In this document: positions 19,030 through 28,342 of the stretch, one piece after another
Numbering within the stretch: the first letter of the stretch is position 1
Layout of the letters: each line of letters opens with the position of its first letter
Assembly (NCBI GenBank): GCA_963968165.1
Contig: CAXAFE010000005.1
Coordinates: 24,047-88,046 of the forward strand
Direction of reading: 5' to 3'
Source of the DNA: an uncultured Candidatus Poseidoniales archaeon
GTDB taxonomy: Archaea > Thermoplasmatota > Poseidoniia > Poseidoniales > Thalassarchaeaceae
DNA: 64,000 nt
Made by a program: the position numbers and the translations under genes
The notes under the pieces: generated by a model
The model's database searches: none
Told to the model about the DNA's origin: nothing
What the model saw: only the letters and a program-made list of their open reading frames with translations

Positions 19030-20643
19030 TCAATTTAAAAATGAATATTTCCAGTCCTGTGGAATATCTATTGTCCTTTTTATTGATCGTGGACTAACCC
19101 ATCTCAGTAGGTTTAATGGCCCTCCAGCTTTATCGTTCGTGCCGCTAGCTCTAGCGCCGCCAAATGGTTGTTGGGCCACAACTGCGCCTGTTGGTTTATC
19201 ATTAATATAAAAATTCCCTGCTGTGAATCTCAGATAATTAAATGCTTTCTGTATATCTTCTTCTTGATTCGCAAAAATAGATCCTGTAAGCGCGTAAGGT
19301 GAAGATTCATCACATATTTTCAATACACTATCAAAATCTTCATCTTCATAAACAAAAATCGTCAAAACTGGGCCAAATATTTCCTCTACCATGGTTTCGG
19401 ACAATGGATCCGATGTGACTATTACAGTCGGCTCTATAAACCAACCAATTTCATCTGAATAATTACCTCCTACTATGATTTTACTTGATTTTGATTCTTT
19501 AGCCCTATCAATATACCCAGCTATTTTTGTAAAAGAACGCTCATCTATTACTGCAGTCATAAAATTAGTGAAATCCAATGCATCTCCCATTTTTATTTTC
19601 TTAATTTCATTGCATAAATCTTCTGAAATGGAATCCCAAACGCTATCTGGAATATATGCTCTACTTGATGCAGAACATTTTTGACCCTGATACTCGAAAG
19701 AACCACGAAGTAATGCAACTAATAATCCCTGATGATCACAATCCTTGTGCGCGACTATGAAGTCTTTACCTCCGGTTTCTCCCACAATCCTTGGGTATGA
19801 GCGTAGTAAGGGCAATGCTGTTCCAATTTCTTGCCACAATCCTTGAAATGTGGCTGTTGATCCAGTAAAGTGCAGTCCTGCAAAATCAGGATTCGATAGA
19901 GCCGCTTTTGTAATTTCTTCTCCAGACCCGGGAACAAAATTTATCACGCCTGCCGGTAATCCCGCTTCCATCATTAATTCCATCAGTATATAATTTGAAT
20001 AATATGAATTACGACTTGGTTTCCAAACTGAGGTACATCCAACAATTGCAGGAGCGCTAGGGAGGTTTGCTGCAATACTTGTGAAGTTGAATGGAGTAAT
20101 GGATAAAACAAAACCTTCTAATGGCCTTATTTCAGTGGAATTCTTAACTCCTGGGGGAGATACTAATGGTTGTAAATAGTCATGAAAACCTCGTGCATAA
20201 TGGCAATTAAATCTCCAAAAATCAATTAGTTCACAAGCTGAATCTATCTCTGCCTGAAATGCCGTTTTAGACTGATTTAGCATTGTCGAAGCATTCACCT
20301 TCATCCTCCAGTCTCCTGCCAACAAGTCAGCACATTTTTCAAATATAGCACAACGGCCCTCTAGGCCCAAATCTATCCACTCTTTTTGAGCAGCAACTGC
20401 AGCAGTACATGCAGCTTCCATTTCATTCCTTGTTGCCAAGTGAACTTTAGCAATAATGTGTTTATGATTATGTGGAATTATTTGATTAACTGTATTTCCA
20501 GTAAATATTTTTTCCCCATTTATTATACAAGGTATCTCAATCACTTCGCCCATTTGTTTCTTTAATTCAATTTCAATCGAAAGACGTTCATCAGAACCAG
20601 GCGCATATCCAAGTATAGGTTCGTTGATTGGCTGACCACTCAT
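19030..20643 (-). CDS. 1-pyrroline-5-carboxylate (glutamate semialdehyde) dehydrogenase, ALDH4-type
   Basis: Aldehyde dehydrogenase Glu/Cys motifs VGETGGKDF and FEYQGQKCSASSR; 537 aa, P5CDH-like length and N-terminus. Confidence 0.8.
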   Translation of the reverse strand: MSGQPINEPILGYAPGSDERLSIEIELKKQMGEVIEIPCIINGEKIFTGNTVNQIIPHNHKHIIAKVHLATRNEMEAACTAAVAAQKEWIDLGLEGRCAIFEKCADLLAGDWRMKVNASTMLNQSKTAFQAEIDSACELIDFWRFNCHYARGFHDYLQPLVSPPGVKNSTEIRPLEGFVLSITPFNFTSIAANLPSAPAIVGCTSVWKPSRNSYYSNYILMELMMEAGLPAGVINFVPGSGEEITKAALSNPDFAGLHFTGSTATFQGLWQEIGTALPLLRSYPRIVGETGGKDFIVAHKDCDHQGLLVALLRGSFEYQGQKCSASSRAYIPDSVWDSISEDLCNEIKKIKMGDALDFTNFMTAVIDERSFTKIAGYIDRAKESKSSKIIVGGNYSDEIGWFIEPTVIVTSDPLSETMVEEIFGPVLTIFVYEDEDFDSVLKICDESSPYALTGSIFANQEEDIQKAFNYLRFTAGNFYINDKPTGAVVAQQPFGGARASGTNDKAGGPLNLLRWVSPRSIKRTIDIPQDWKYSFLN

Positions 20644-20691
20644 ATATCGCGGAAGGTAAACTTATCTATATCCTTACGCACTAATTAGTTA

Positions 20692-20979
20692 TTATGACCA
20701 AGCATCAGGTTCATCTTTCTTATGCTTCTTTCCTATCTTGTAACATGCTTTACAGAGAGTCACTCTTCTAGAATCATTTGAAATTCCCGAATCTCCCCAA
20801 ACATCTACAGCCCAGTCATAGGCCTTCTTTCTACCACCGATTTTTTTATCAGCCCAATTTGTACAACCTGCAACGTCGCATTTAATTTCTCCCACAAATT
20901 CCTCTTTCTTCCCTTTCTCGATTCTACCTGTGGAAACGGCATCTTCTTTCTTCTTACGGGCATTGGCTTTGAATCCCAT
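20692..20979 (-). CDS. Small basic Cys-containing (putative zinc-binding) protein, function unknown
   Basis: 95 aa, Lys-rich. Cys at IKC, AGC and the pair CKAC could form a 4-Cys site. No family recognised. Confidence 0.4.
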   Translation of the reverse strand: MGFKANARKKKEDAVSTGRIEKGKKEEFVGEIKCDVAGCTNWADKKIGGRKKAYDWAVDVWGDSGISNDSRRVTLCKACYKIGKKHKKDEPDAWS

Positions 20980-21002
20980 ATTTCTCCGACCTTGTTTATT
21001 GA

Positions 21003-22349
21003 TTAGAACATTGCCTCGGTATCGGGTAAATCAAAAGGGCCATTTGTTGAAGCTATGGATGCCTTTCTGTCTGGGCCAACTCCTATGCTCACAATCGGTA
21101 CTCCTGCCAAATATTCTATTCTTTTTATGTAATTTTTAATTTTATCTTCTAATACTTCGAAACCAAGCTTTCCTTTTCTCGAGCTATCTGCCATCTCTAT
21201 CCACTCTTCATCAGATAATTCTCCAAATCCAGGATGAGTTTCGTAAATTGGTTTACATTTAGCTAAATCTGTACTAGTTGTTGGCATTATATGTAGTAAT
21301 TTACCTTCCATCTCATACCCTATACAAATTTTTATTTCATCTAATCCTCCTAATACATCGAGTTTAGTAAGCACCAGTCCTGTGTAACCGTTTAGCCTAT
21401 TACTTTCTTTGAGGGCTACTATGTCTAACCATCCTGTTCTCCTAGGTCTCCCTGTTGTTGTTCCAAATTCATTTCCAACTGTGGCCATATGTTTTCCTGG
21501 ACCATCATCAAGTGATAATTCCGAAGGAAAAGGACCATTCCCAACTCTTGTAGTGTATGCCTTTGTGATACCAAAACATTCCTTTACGTGCCCCGGATGA
21601 ATACCTGCTCCATGAGTAGCATTAGCTCTGCATGTAACTGAAGATGTTACGAATGGATAGGTCCCCTGATCAATATCTAACATTGCACCTTGTGCCCCTT
21701 CTAATAGAACATTCTCTCCATTTTTTAATGCGAAATCAACCATTAAACCAGTCGGTTTAATCGAATCTCCATATCTGTCTTTTATCCATTTTAAATCTTT
21801 TTGTAATGACTCTAAATCTATTTTGACATCAACCTTAACAGATTCTAATTGTTTATTCATTCTCTCTACAATTATATTCAATTCTTCCTTATCTTTGATA
21901 ATATTTTCAATATCTGCAAATCTGATGCCTACTCTTTCGATACGATCTCTGTAAGCAGGTCCTATTCCTCTTCCAGTAGTACCGACAACCTTGTCCGCAC
22001 TGTCGTACAATCTATGGTAAGGAAGAATGATCGAGGCTCTTTCGCTAATGAATAAACGCTTCCCTTCTGGCCGTTCACCTGAAATTTCAAACCAACTTTC
22101 TAACTCCCTTTCTAAAACCCAGGGATCTATTACCATTCCATCTCCCAATATCATTGAACAATGCAATGAAGTAACTCCGGATGGTATTTGGTGAAGTTTT
22201 AGAGTTGTATCTCCAAAAACTACTGTATGACCTGCATTATTTCCTCCTTGGAATCTAACGGCCCAATTGGAATCTGCTGCAAGTTGGTCAATTGCCTTTC
22301 CTTTTCCTTCATCTCCCCATTGGGCTCCAAGTATTACAGTCGCAGGCAC
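21003..22349 (-). CDS. purA: Adenylosuccinate synthetase
   Basis: GAQWGDEGKGK, GGNNAGHTV, GTTGRGIGPAY, GTTTGRPRR; GTG start. Confidence 0.92.
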   Translation of the reverse strand: MPATVILGAQWGDEGKGKAIDQLAADSNWAVRFQGGNNAGHTVVFGDTTLKLHQIPSGVTSLHCSMILGDGMVIDPWVLERELESWFEISGERPEGKRLFISERASIILPYHRLYDSADKVVGTTGRGIGPAYRDRIERVGIRFADIENIIKDKEELNIIVERMNKQLESVKVDVKIDLESLQKDLKWIKDRYGDSIKPTGLMVDFALKNGENVLLEGAQGAMLDIDQGTYPFVTSSVTCRANATHGAGIHPGHVKECFGITKAYTTRVGNGPFPSELSLDDGPGKHMATVGNEFGTTTGRPRRTGWLDIVALKESNRLNGYTGLVLTKLDVLGGLDEIKICIGYEMEGKLLHIMPTTSTDLAKCKPIYETHPGFGELSDEEWIEMADSSRKGKLGFEVLEDKIKNYIKRIEYLAGVPIVSIGVGPDRKASIASTNGPFDLPDTEAMF

Positions 22350-22438
22350 GTACAGTTCCCATGGCCGACGGTGTTTGAATACTTTGTAAGAAAATACAAA
22401 TTAATGAGCAACTTTAGTAAATAATAATTAAGTATTTA

Positions 22439-23536
22439 TTAGGAATATTTTAACTCAAATCTCTTCATAAAGTCTACTAATAATATTACGCTTTCCTTTG
22501 GAAGATAATTGTACATACTTGCTCGTATACCTCCTACACTCCTATGTCCTTTCAAACCTCCAAATCCTTCTTTCATAGACTCTAACAAAAATTTATCTTC
22601 TAATTCCTTATTCTTTAACCTCCAAGTCACATTCATCCTTGACCTTGATTCTTTAAATGCATGAGGGTGCCAAAAATCAGTCCTATCTAGTTCATTATAG
22701 AGAATATCGGACTTTTCCAGATTTCTTTTGATTGAACCCTCCATCCCTCCATTTTTTTCCAACCATGCAAATACTCTATTTAACACAAATATGCCAAATG
22801 TGTTTGGGGTATTAAACATTGATTCCTTAGTAGAATGTATTTGATAATCAAGCATCGTCGGAAGATCTTGACCAACTCTTGACATAGCCCACGGCGATAA
22901 GATAACCATAGTGACTCCGCTAGGACCTAAATTCTTTTGAGCACCTGCATACACTACATCATGCTTAGAAATATCTAACTCTACACCGGTAATATCCGAA
23001 CTTGCGTCTACGACTAATGGCTTACCATTACTATTGGGTATCGAATGATATTGGGTACCATAAAGAGTATTATTAGAGGTGTAATGAAGATAAATCGAAT
23101 CCTCTCTGACCATATAATCTTCAGAATTGGGCACACTTCTAAAACCATTTTCTTCATCACTCCAAACAGATTCTGCGTCCCCAATTCTTTTCGCCTCTTT
23201 TAGTGCTTTTTTCGACCATCCCCCAGTAACTAAAAAATCAGATTTTTCCCCCTCATTTAACAGATTTAATGCAGTCATATAAAACTGCAAAGAGGCACCA
23301 CCTTGAAGGAATAGTACTTCATAATTTTCTGGTATTTTCAGAACTCTTCTGGCACTACTTTTAGCCTCATTTATAATTTCTTGAAAAACATCACTTCTAT
23401 GAGATATTTCTAATAGTCCAAATCCACTATTGTATATGTTTGGTAGTGATGCCGCGACTTCCTTGACAACTTCTATTGGTAATACGGCTGGACCTGCTCC
23501 AAAATTATGAATTCTGCCCTCTTGTTCCATACCCAT
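22439..23536 (-). CDS. serC: Phosphoserine aminotransferase
   Basis: NFGAGPAVLP, YAGAQKNLGPSGVT (PLP-Lys), 365 aa. Confidence 0.9.
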   Translation of the reverse strand: MGMEQEGRIHNFGAGPAVLPIEVVKEVAASLPNIYNSGFGLLEISHRSDVFQEIINEAKSSARRVLKIPENYEVLFLQGGASLQFYMTALNLLNEGEKSDFLVTGGWSKKALKEAKRIGDAESVWSDEENGFRSVPNSEDYMVREDSIYLHYTSNNTLYGTQYHSIPNSNGKPLVVDASSDITGVELDISKHDVVYAGAQKNLGPSGVTMVILSPWAMSRVGQDLPTMLDYQIHSTKESMFNTPNTFGIFVLNRVFAWLEKNGGMEGSIKRNLEKSDILYNELDRTDFWHPHAFKESRSRMNVTWRLKNKELEDKFLLESMKEGFGGLKGHRSVGGIRASMYNYLPKESVILLVDFMKRFELKYS

Positions 23537-23621
23537 CGCACACTACAACAGGTCTTTGACTACATCGGAAGAATACTTCTTCAGGGGAGAGGTTCATTTC
23601 ATATTGGCTCAACCGAAGCAT

Positions 23622-24233
23622 GTGATTAACATCGGACTAGTGATGCTCCAGGGTGCAAGGCACGTCCATATCAGTGCCCTGCATGAAGCTTCATATAATT
23701 CTAAAATTGATGTTGATATCATAGAATTAAGAACCTCTGCCGATCTTGAGTCATCAAAAATTGATGGATTAATAATGCCCGGTGGCGAATCAACAACTAT
23801 GCGTTTAATGGGTAATTCTGATATTTCAGGGCTAATGCCTCCCTTGCTGAAATTTATCCGTGAAAATCCGAAAATGCCAGTCATGGGTACATGTGCAGGA
23901 GCTATAATAATGGCCGATCCTCAAGACGGAAAAAGTCCCCTTGTTGATGCATCAATCAGTAGGAATGCATATGGCCGCCAGACAAATTCATTTGAAGCAA
24001 TGATATACTCTTCATTATTAAAAAGAAGTTTCCCAGGAATTTTCATAAGGGCCCCAAAATTTCAATCCATTGGTAATGATACTTATGCAATAGCGAACTA
24101 TGATGAACAAATAGTTGGAGTAAAAAAAACGAATAGGATAGCATTATCATTCCATCCAGAATTATCACAGGATACGGGATTTCATCAATGGATATTGGAA
24201 CAAGCCAAGACATATGCAGGGGTAACAAAATGA
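23622..24233 (+). CDS. pdxT: Pyridoxal 5'-phosphate synthase glutaminase subunit PdxT
   Basis: IGLVMLQGARHVH, nucleophile GTCAG, FHPEL. Start placed at GTG 23622; the track start 23556 adds a non-homologous extension. No pdxS adjacent. Confidence 0.8.
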   Translation: MINIGLVMLQGARHVHISALHEASYNSKIDVDIIELRTSADLESSKIDGLIMPGGESTTMRLMGNSDISGLMPPLLKFIRENPKMPVMGTCAGAIIMADPQDGKSPLVDASISRNAYGRQTNSFEAMIYSSLLKRSFPGIFIRAPKFQSIGNDTYAIANYDEQIVGVKKTNRIALSFHPELSQDTGFHQWILEQAKTYAGVTK

Positions 24234-25375
24234 TCCACCAACTAAGATTACCACAAGTTCCAACGCTACATGAAGCGCCCGAAATTACAGATACCGAAGG
24301 TTGTCTACAATGCCAATTGGGCAGTAAATTAGTATTATTCATTACAGGGCATTGCCATTGGCAGTGTGATTATTGTCCCCTCTCTGAAACTAGGAGAGAG
24401 ATAGATTGGATGTATGCAAACGAGCGAAAGTGCGAAAACTTCGACGAGGTAATAGAAGAAGCAAAAGCGATGCGTGCTACGGGTGCAGGCATTACGGGAG
24501 GAGATCCTCTGATGGCCAGGGAGCGGACTATAGAGGGAATTAGAAGACTCAAGGATGAATTTGGTCCGAATTTTCATTTACATATGTATACTAGTATTCC
24601 TTTCAATGTTAAGTATGCAAAAGATTTTGCAGACGCAGGTCTAGATGAAATAAGGTTTCATTTTCTCAAATTAGATGCTGCAAAGTATAAGGAGACTATT
24701 ACGGCATGCCATAAAGCTGGAATTCTAACTGGAGTAGAGTTACCTTGTGAACCTGATAAAGAATCAGAATTACTAAATTTATTGGATGAATTGAGAACTT
24801 TTGATATATCATTTATGAATGTAAATGAATTGGAAATAACTGTTGGAAATCACGGTAATATGGAATTAAGAGGATTTAATCTTTCATCAGGAATAACAGC
24901 AGGCGCTAATGGTTCGGCAGAATTAGCTACAATGATGAGGAATAGAATCAATTCAGCAGAAATTGGAATACCTGATCCAATTGATAATTTAATCAGGAAA
25001 CCATATGGTTATAGTCTAAAATTTTGTACCGCTGTTTACAAGGACGCTGGACAACTTCGACGACGCTTCCTCCGTCGTGGTGAGGCAACCATTGCTCCTC
25101 ATGAAACATTGACAGAAGACGGTACCTTAATTTTCGGTGCGATTTATTCCGTAGAGGATGAACAAGAATCTTGGATTTCAGAAATAATGGATGAGACCAA
25201 TTTACCACGAAGATTTTTATTCTGGGACAAAGAAAACTCCAGGATAGAACTGCCCTTAATTGTTGCAGAGTCAATAGCAGGAGAAGTAGAAGCTCCAGTA
25301 TCACTAGTTGAAGTTTTACCGACCTTTGAAAGAATTGAAATGTCAATAATTTGGCTGAATGAATTCCCAAGATAA
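24230..25375 (+). CDS. Radical SAM protein (PflA-related, uncharacterised subfamily)
   Basis: CHWQCDYC = CxxxCxxC cluster motif. ATG 24230 overlaps the pdxT stop (ATGA). Confidence 0.75.
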   Translation: MIHQLRLPQVPTLHEAPEITDTEGCLQCQLGSKLVLFITGHCHWQCDYCPLSETRREIDWMYANERKCENFDEVIEEAKAMRATGAGITGGDPLMARERTIEGIRRLKDEFGPNFHLHMYTSIPFNVKYAKDFADAGLDEIRFHFLKLDAAKYKETITACHKAGILTGVELPCEPDKESELLNLLDELRTFDISFMNVNELEITVGNHGNMELRGFNLSSGITAGANGSAELATMMRNRINSAEIGIPDPIDNLIRKPYGYSLKFCTAVYKDAGQLRRRFLRRGEATIAPHETLTEDGTLIFGAIYSVEDEQESWISEIMDETNLPRRFLFWDKENSRIELPLIVAESIAGEVEAPVSLVEVLPTFERIEMSIIWLNEFPR

Positions 25376-25423
25376 GATATTTTTTGAACACATTCATAGA
25401 GTTTAACACATGAAGGGATTATA

Positions 25424-27262
25424 TTGCCGGTCAGAAAAGCCAACTTAGAAAATTCGAAAGTTAGCCCATTTCGTAGATTGTCAGCGTCACAAGTTATTGC
25501 ATGGAATAATTGTCCAAGATTGTGGTACTATGGTTGGAGAGAACGTCTAAAATCTCCACTTCCACCACAAATTATCAGAGGCAATGCAGTTGAAGAATGT
25601 ATTTGCAGAGTATTAAGAGATTCTCCAGTCTTCTTATATCATGATTCTGATATAGACATGAAATCACCGTTACTCGAGGATGGTTCTCCCGCTTTAGATG
25701 ATAATTCAGGATGGATTGGGCCAACTTTATTGCCATTACCCAGCACTAAATGGCCAAAAAATAGATTAGAATTAGATGAATGGTCCCAAGGAAGAGCCAC
25801 ATATCACTTCAACGGTTGTTGGGAGAGGGCTACTCATGAATGGGAATCCAATCCAAACAGAAAAGGAAACTCATCTGATATCGACCCAAAAGAGGGAATG
25901 TCCATGGTCCTATCTGGTTTGAAATTACACTTAGATGAATTGGAAAAGTGTGTTTCCGAAGGTGGAGGAAAAGATTTCCTAAAGTGGAGGAGAGGAAAAA
26001 ATAGGAATATATGGCCCTCTCCAGATGGCTTCCCGAGAGTATTCGACATTCCAAATCCAGCTGTATCGAAGGGTAATATTTCATGGACTGAAGCGTGGGA
26101 ATATGCTAGACCATGGTTTGTCGATCCGGACGCAAAATCTTTTTCACAAACTAGTTCTCATCCTGAGGAATGGTTCCAAGGCGAATATGATTTGGTATAT
26201 CGATGGACAGGTAAACCAAATATTGTGGACTTAAAAGCATCTATAGGCAAGGGAGATAGATCTGCAGGATATCTTGAACAACTCCGTCTCTATGCATGGC
26301 TGTGGTGGGAAACGCACAATCGTCTAGAAGAAGTTGATAATCTTGAAATATGGTATCTCGGAACCGGAACCTCAAAGAAAGTCAAGACTCCTGATAAAGC
26401 AGAAATGATGAATTTAAGTATCGAATTAAAAGAATTATATGATTTAATTCATGCAAAAAATCCTGATATTTCAGATTGTCCACCATCTCCCTCTCCATTA
26501 AATATATTCAATGAAGGCGGAAATCCTGCAAATCCTCCAATCGATGATACTCCACAATCTAGGTGTAAAAAATGCGAGGTCAAGGCTGTATGTGAAGGTA
26601 GTGATTATGAGAATAATCTTCCTAATATGGATAGAATAGAACGTTTTGGGCATGCATGGCCTGTGACTCCATTGGGTGATTTGAAAACTAGATTCACGGT
26701 AATGGGAGAAGTAATTCATTTGAAAGGTCCTGAATTTGGTAATAATAATTCCATAGTTTTATCTTTCACCCTTCAAAATGGCTATGATCGTGCTTCAGTG
26801 AGATCACATAGAAATGGAGGCCCAACAAGAGTATCTCGTCAAATTTCTGAGGGAGTTTGGGTCCGTATTGATAATGCCCTTGCATCATTATGGAAAGGTC
26901 AATTAGTGATAGACATGGATGAAATATCAAAATTATCAGTTGTAAAAGAATCTTCTGACCATTCGATTGTAGAAGTTGAAACGCGAGCGACTGTCGTCGG
27001 GAGAGTTTGGTCCATTAACGCATTTCCCGATGGTAAAGGCATTAGGAGGTGGGCAATATCCTTAGTGGATAAATCAGGATCAGGAGGGGCAGTTGCGTTT
27101 AAGCAATTTATTCCAAATTCTGCTGCTGCAATTCAAAGGGGTGATGAAATTGCTATTCTTAATGGAGAGTCCGGTGAATTCGCAGGTAGACCCCAAATAA
27201 GAATAGGGCCAGGTACTCGAGTTGTAATATTAAAAGACTCAGATGACTTAATTCCCTTTTAG
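25424..27262 (+). CDS. Cas4/EXO5-family PD-(D/E)XK nuclease with 4Fe-4S Cys set, fused to two C-terminal OB-fold domains
   Basis: SASQVIAWNNCPRLWYYGW (N-terminal Cys motif); EYDLV ... IVDLKAS (D...DxK); YLEQLRLYAWLW (QxxxY); CKKCEVKAVC (Cx2Cx5C). Residues ~420-505 and ~518-603 look like OB folds (ATVVGRVWSINAF...WAISLVDKSGSGGAVAFKQF...GDEIAILNG). TTG start. Confidence 0.65.
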   Translation: MPVRKANLENSKVSPFRRLSASQVIAWNNCPRLWYYGWRERLKSPLPPQIIRGNAVEECICRVLRDSPVFLYHDSDIDMKSPLLEDGSPALDDNSGWIGPTLLPLPSTKWPKNRLELDEWSQGRATYHFNGCWERATHEWESNPNRKGNSSDIDPKEGMSMVLSGLKLHLDELEKCVSEGGGKDFLKWRRGKNRNIWPSPDGFPRVFDIPNPAVSKGNISWTEAWEYARPWFVDPDAKSFSQTSSHPEEWFQGEYDLVYRWTGKPNIVDLKASIGKGDRSAGYLEQLRLYAWLWWETHNRLEEVDNLEIWYLGTGTSKKVKTPDKAEMMNLSIELKELYDLIHAKNPDISDCPPSPSPLNIFNEGGNPANPPIDDTPQSRCKKCEVKAVCEGSDYENNLPNMDRIERFGHAWPVTPLGDLKTRFTVMGEVIHLKGPEFGNNNSIVLSFTLQNGYDRASVRSHRNGGPTRVSRQISEGVWVRIDNALASLWKGQLVIDMDEISKLSVVKESSDHSIVEVETRATVVGRVWSINAFPDGKGIRRWAISLVDKSGSGGAVAFKQFIPNSAAAIQRGDEIAILNGESGEFAGRPQIRIGPGTRVVILKDSDDLIPF

Positions 27263-27270
27263 TGAATTAA

Positions 27271-27355
27271 GGCGCCGAGAGAGGGATTTGAACCCCCGAG
27301 TCCAAAGGACAATGGATTTCGAATCCATCGCAATACCGGGCTATGCGATCTCGGC
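27271..27355 (-). tRNA. tRNA-Ser (anticodon CGA)
   Basis: Hand-folded cloverleaf: acceptor GCCGAGA/TCTCGGC, anticodon arm ATGGA-TTCGAAA-TCCAT, long variable arm with GTCC/GGAC stem, T arm GGGGG-TTCAAAT-CCCTC, discriminator G; CC follows in the genome. Confidence 0.85.
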
Positions 27356-27410
27356 CTTATGTGGTCCAAACTTGGATTAGAAATAAGTCTGACTAGTACT
27401 TCGGAGGGCT

Positions 27411-27611
27411 ATGAAGATACAAGTAACAAGCGAAGGTAAGATTTTAATCGTGGAATCCGAGACTCCCATAACAGTGAATGAAGTATTAAAGAAATTAGAG
27501 ATTTCTCCTTCGACTGTACTCGCAGTCTTTGATGGAACCATTATTCCCCATACTTCTTTGATAGAATCTGATTTAAGTATTGAATTAGTAATTGTTTCTT
27601 CTGGTGGTTAA
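27411..27611 (+). CDS. ThiS/MoaD-type ubiquitin-like small protein ending in Gly-Gly (SAMP-like)
   Basis: 66 aa; C-terminus ...LVIVSSGG-stop; beta-grasp-like alternating pattern. Confidence 0.6.
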   Translation: MKIQVTSEGKILIVESETPITVNEVLKKLEISPSTVLAVFDGTIIPHTSLIESDLSIELVIVSSGG

Positions 27612-28043
27612 ATTAATATAATTTCCTTTACAAATCTTATATTTCGTTGTTCTTCATTTTCTTCAAATGGATGAATTCCTATGTTGTCTTGATAACCTAT
27701 TCTCCCAAAGCCCTCATTTTTGGAAATAACCGTTTCAGAAAAGTCATGGAGTGCGTGAGTATCACCTCCATCTTACCTATATCCTGTGATAATATGTAAT
27801 GGCCCAGGATCTATAATTTCAAAATTTCATTACTAAATACCAATAATGATGTTGCTAAAATTATACTTCCAAATATTAGTAGTTTCCTGAATCTGGTTCC
27901 GAGGGTACGAAAATTGGAGAAGTAATCCATTATTTTGTAAATTTCTTCTGACGTGACCACTCCGGACCAAGATTTGTTATACAAAAGAAGGATTAGTAAC
28001 CGTTAATTTTAATGAAAATTTGCAATCATAAATCACTAAGAAA

Positions 28044-28151
28044 TCACTGTTTTGCTCTTTTTCTAGATGCTTTTCGTCGGCGGAGTTTCTTCTTTCTCCA
28101 TTTCCAACGCTGCTGCCCTCGCTTCTTCCATGCACGAGAGCCACGCTTCAT
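28044..28151 (-). CDS. rpl41e: Highly basic 35-aa micro-ORF, ribosomal protein L41e-like
   Basis: Missing from the ORF track. My translation: MKRGSRAWKKRGQQRWKWRKKKLRRRKASRKRAKQ. The RWKWRKKKLRRRK core resembles archaeal/eukaryotic L41e (KWRKKRMRRLKRKRRK). A TATA-like element sits ~27 nt upstream, which would give a leaderless mRNA. Confidence 0.45.
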   Translation of the reverse strand: MKRGSRAWKKRGQQRWKWRKKKLRRRKASRKRAKQ

Positions 28152-28173
28152 TCGGGCCGCCGACCTACTGTCC

Positions 28174-28181
28174 CTATATGA
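28174..28181 (-). promoter_or_regulatory. TATA-like box (minus strand CATATAGG) ~27 nt upstream of the L41e-like ATG
   Basis: The spacing fits an archaeal promoter driving a leaderless transcript that starts at or near ATG 28151. Confidence 0.3.
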
Positions 28182-28208
28182 TAGGTTCGTGCCTCAACTT
28201 TTTTTTTG

Positions 28209-28285
28209 TGGTGGGCAATACAGGATTCGAACCCGTGTCGCCGGCTTAGAAGGCCGGCATGATATCCAGACTACACTAATCGCCC
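28209..28285 (-). tRNA. tRNA-Arg (anticodon TCT), CCA encoded
   Basis: Acceptor GGGCGAT/ATTGCCC, anticodon arm CCGGC-CTTCTAA-GCCGG, T arm ACGGG-TTCGAAT-CCTGT, discriminator A, genomic CCA. Confidence 0.85.
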
Positions 28286-28342
28286 TTGACCATTCGCGCT
28301 GGCATCTCTTTCATGAACCTAACACATGACATAGCATCATAT

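Noticed and set aside
24993-25443. Minus-strand ORFs 24993..25409 and 25144..25443
   Set aside because: They lie antisense to the radical SAM gene, are low-complexity and have no motifs.
27608-27772. 54-codon open frame on the minus strand (DGGDTHALHDFSETVISKNEGFGRIGYQDNIGIHPFEENEEQRNIRFVKEIILI), protein-like but with no ATG/GTG/TTG start and a TAA immediately upstream
   Set aside because: No start codon and no family recognised. At most it is a gene remnant, so it is not reported as a feature. It contributes only to the micro-island finding.
27811-27930. 39-aa minus-strand ORF MDYFSNFRTLGTRFRKLLIFGSIILATSLLVFSNEILKL with one TM helix
   Set aside because: Too short and motif-free to support without conservation or expression data.
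28012-28329. Track ORFs 28012..28329 (+) and 28067..28249 (+)
   Set aside because: They overlap tRNA-Arg and lie antisense to the Arg/Lys-rich L41e-like ORF. Their odd composition (FFF/RRR runs) is the complement of basic codons.
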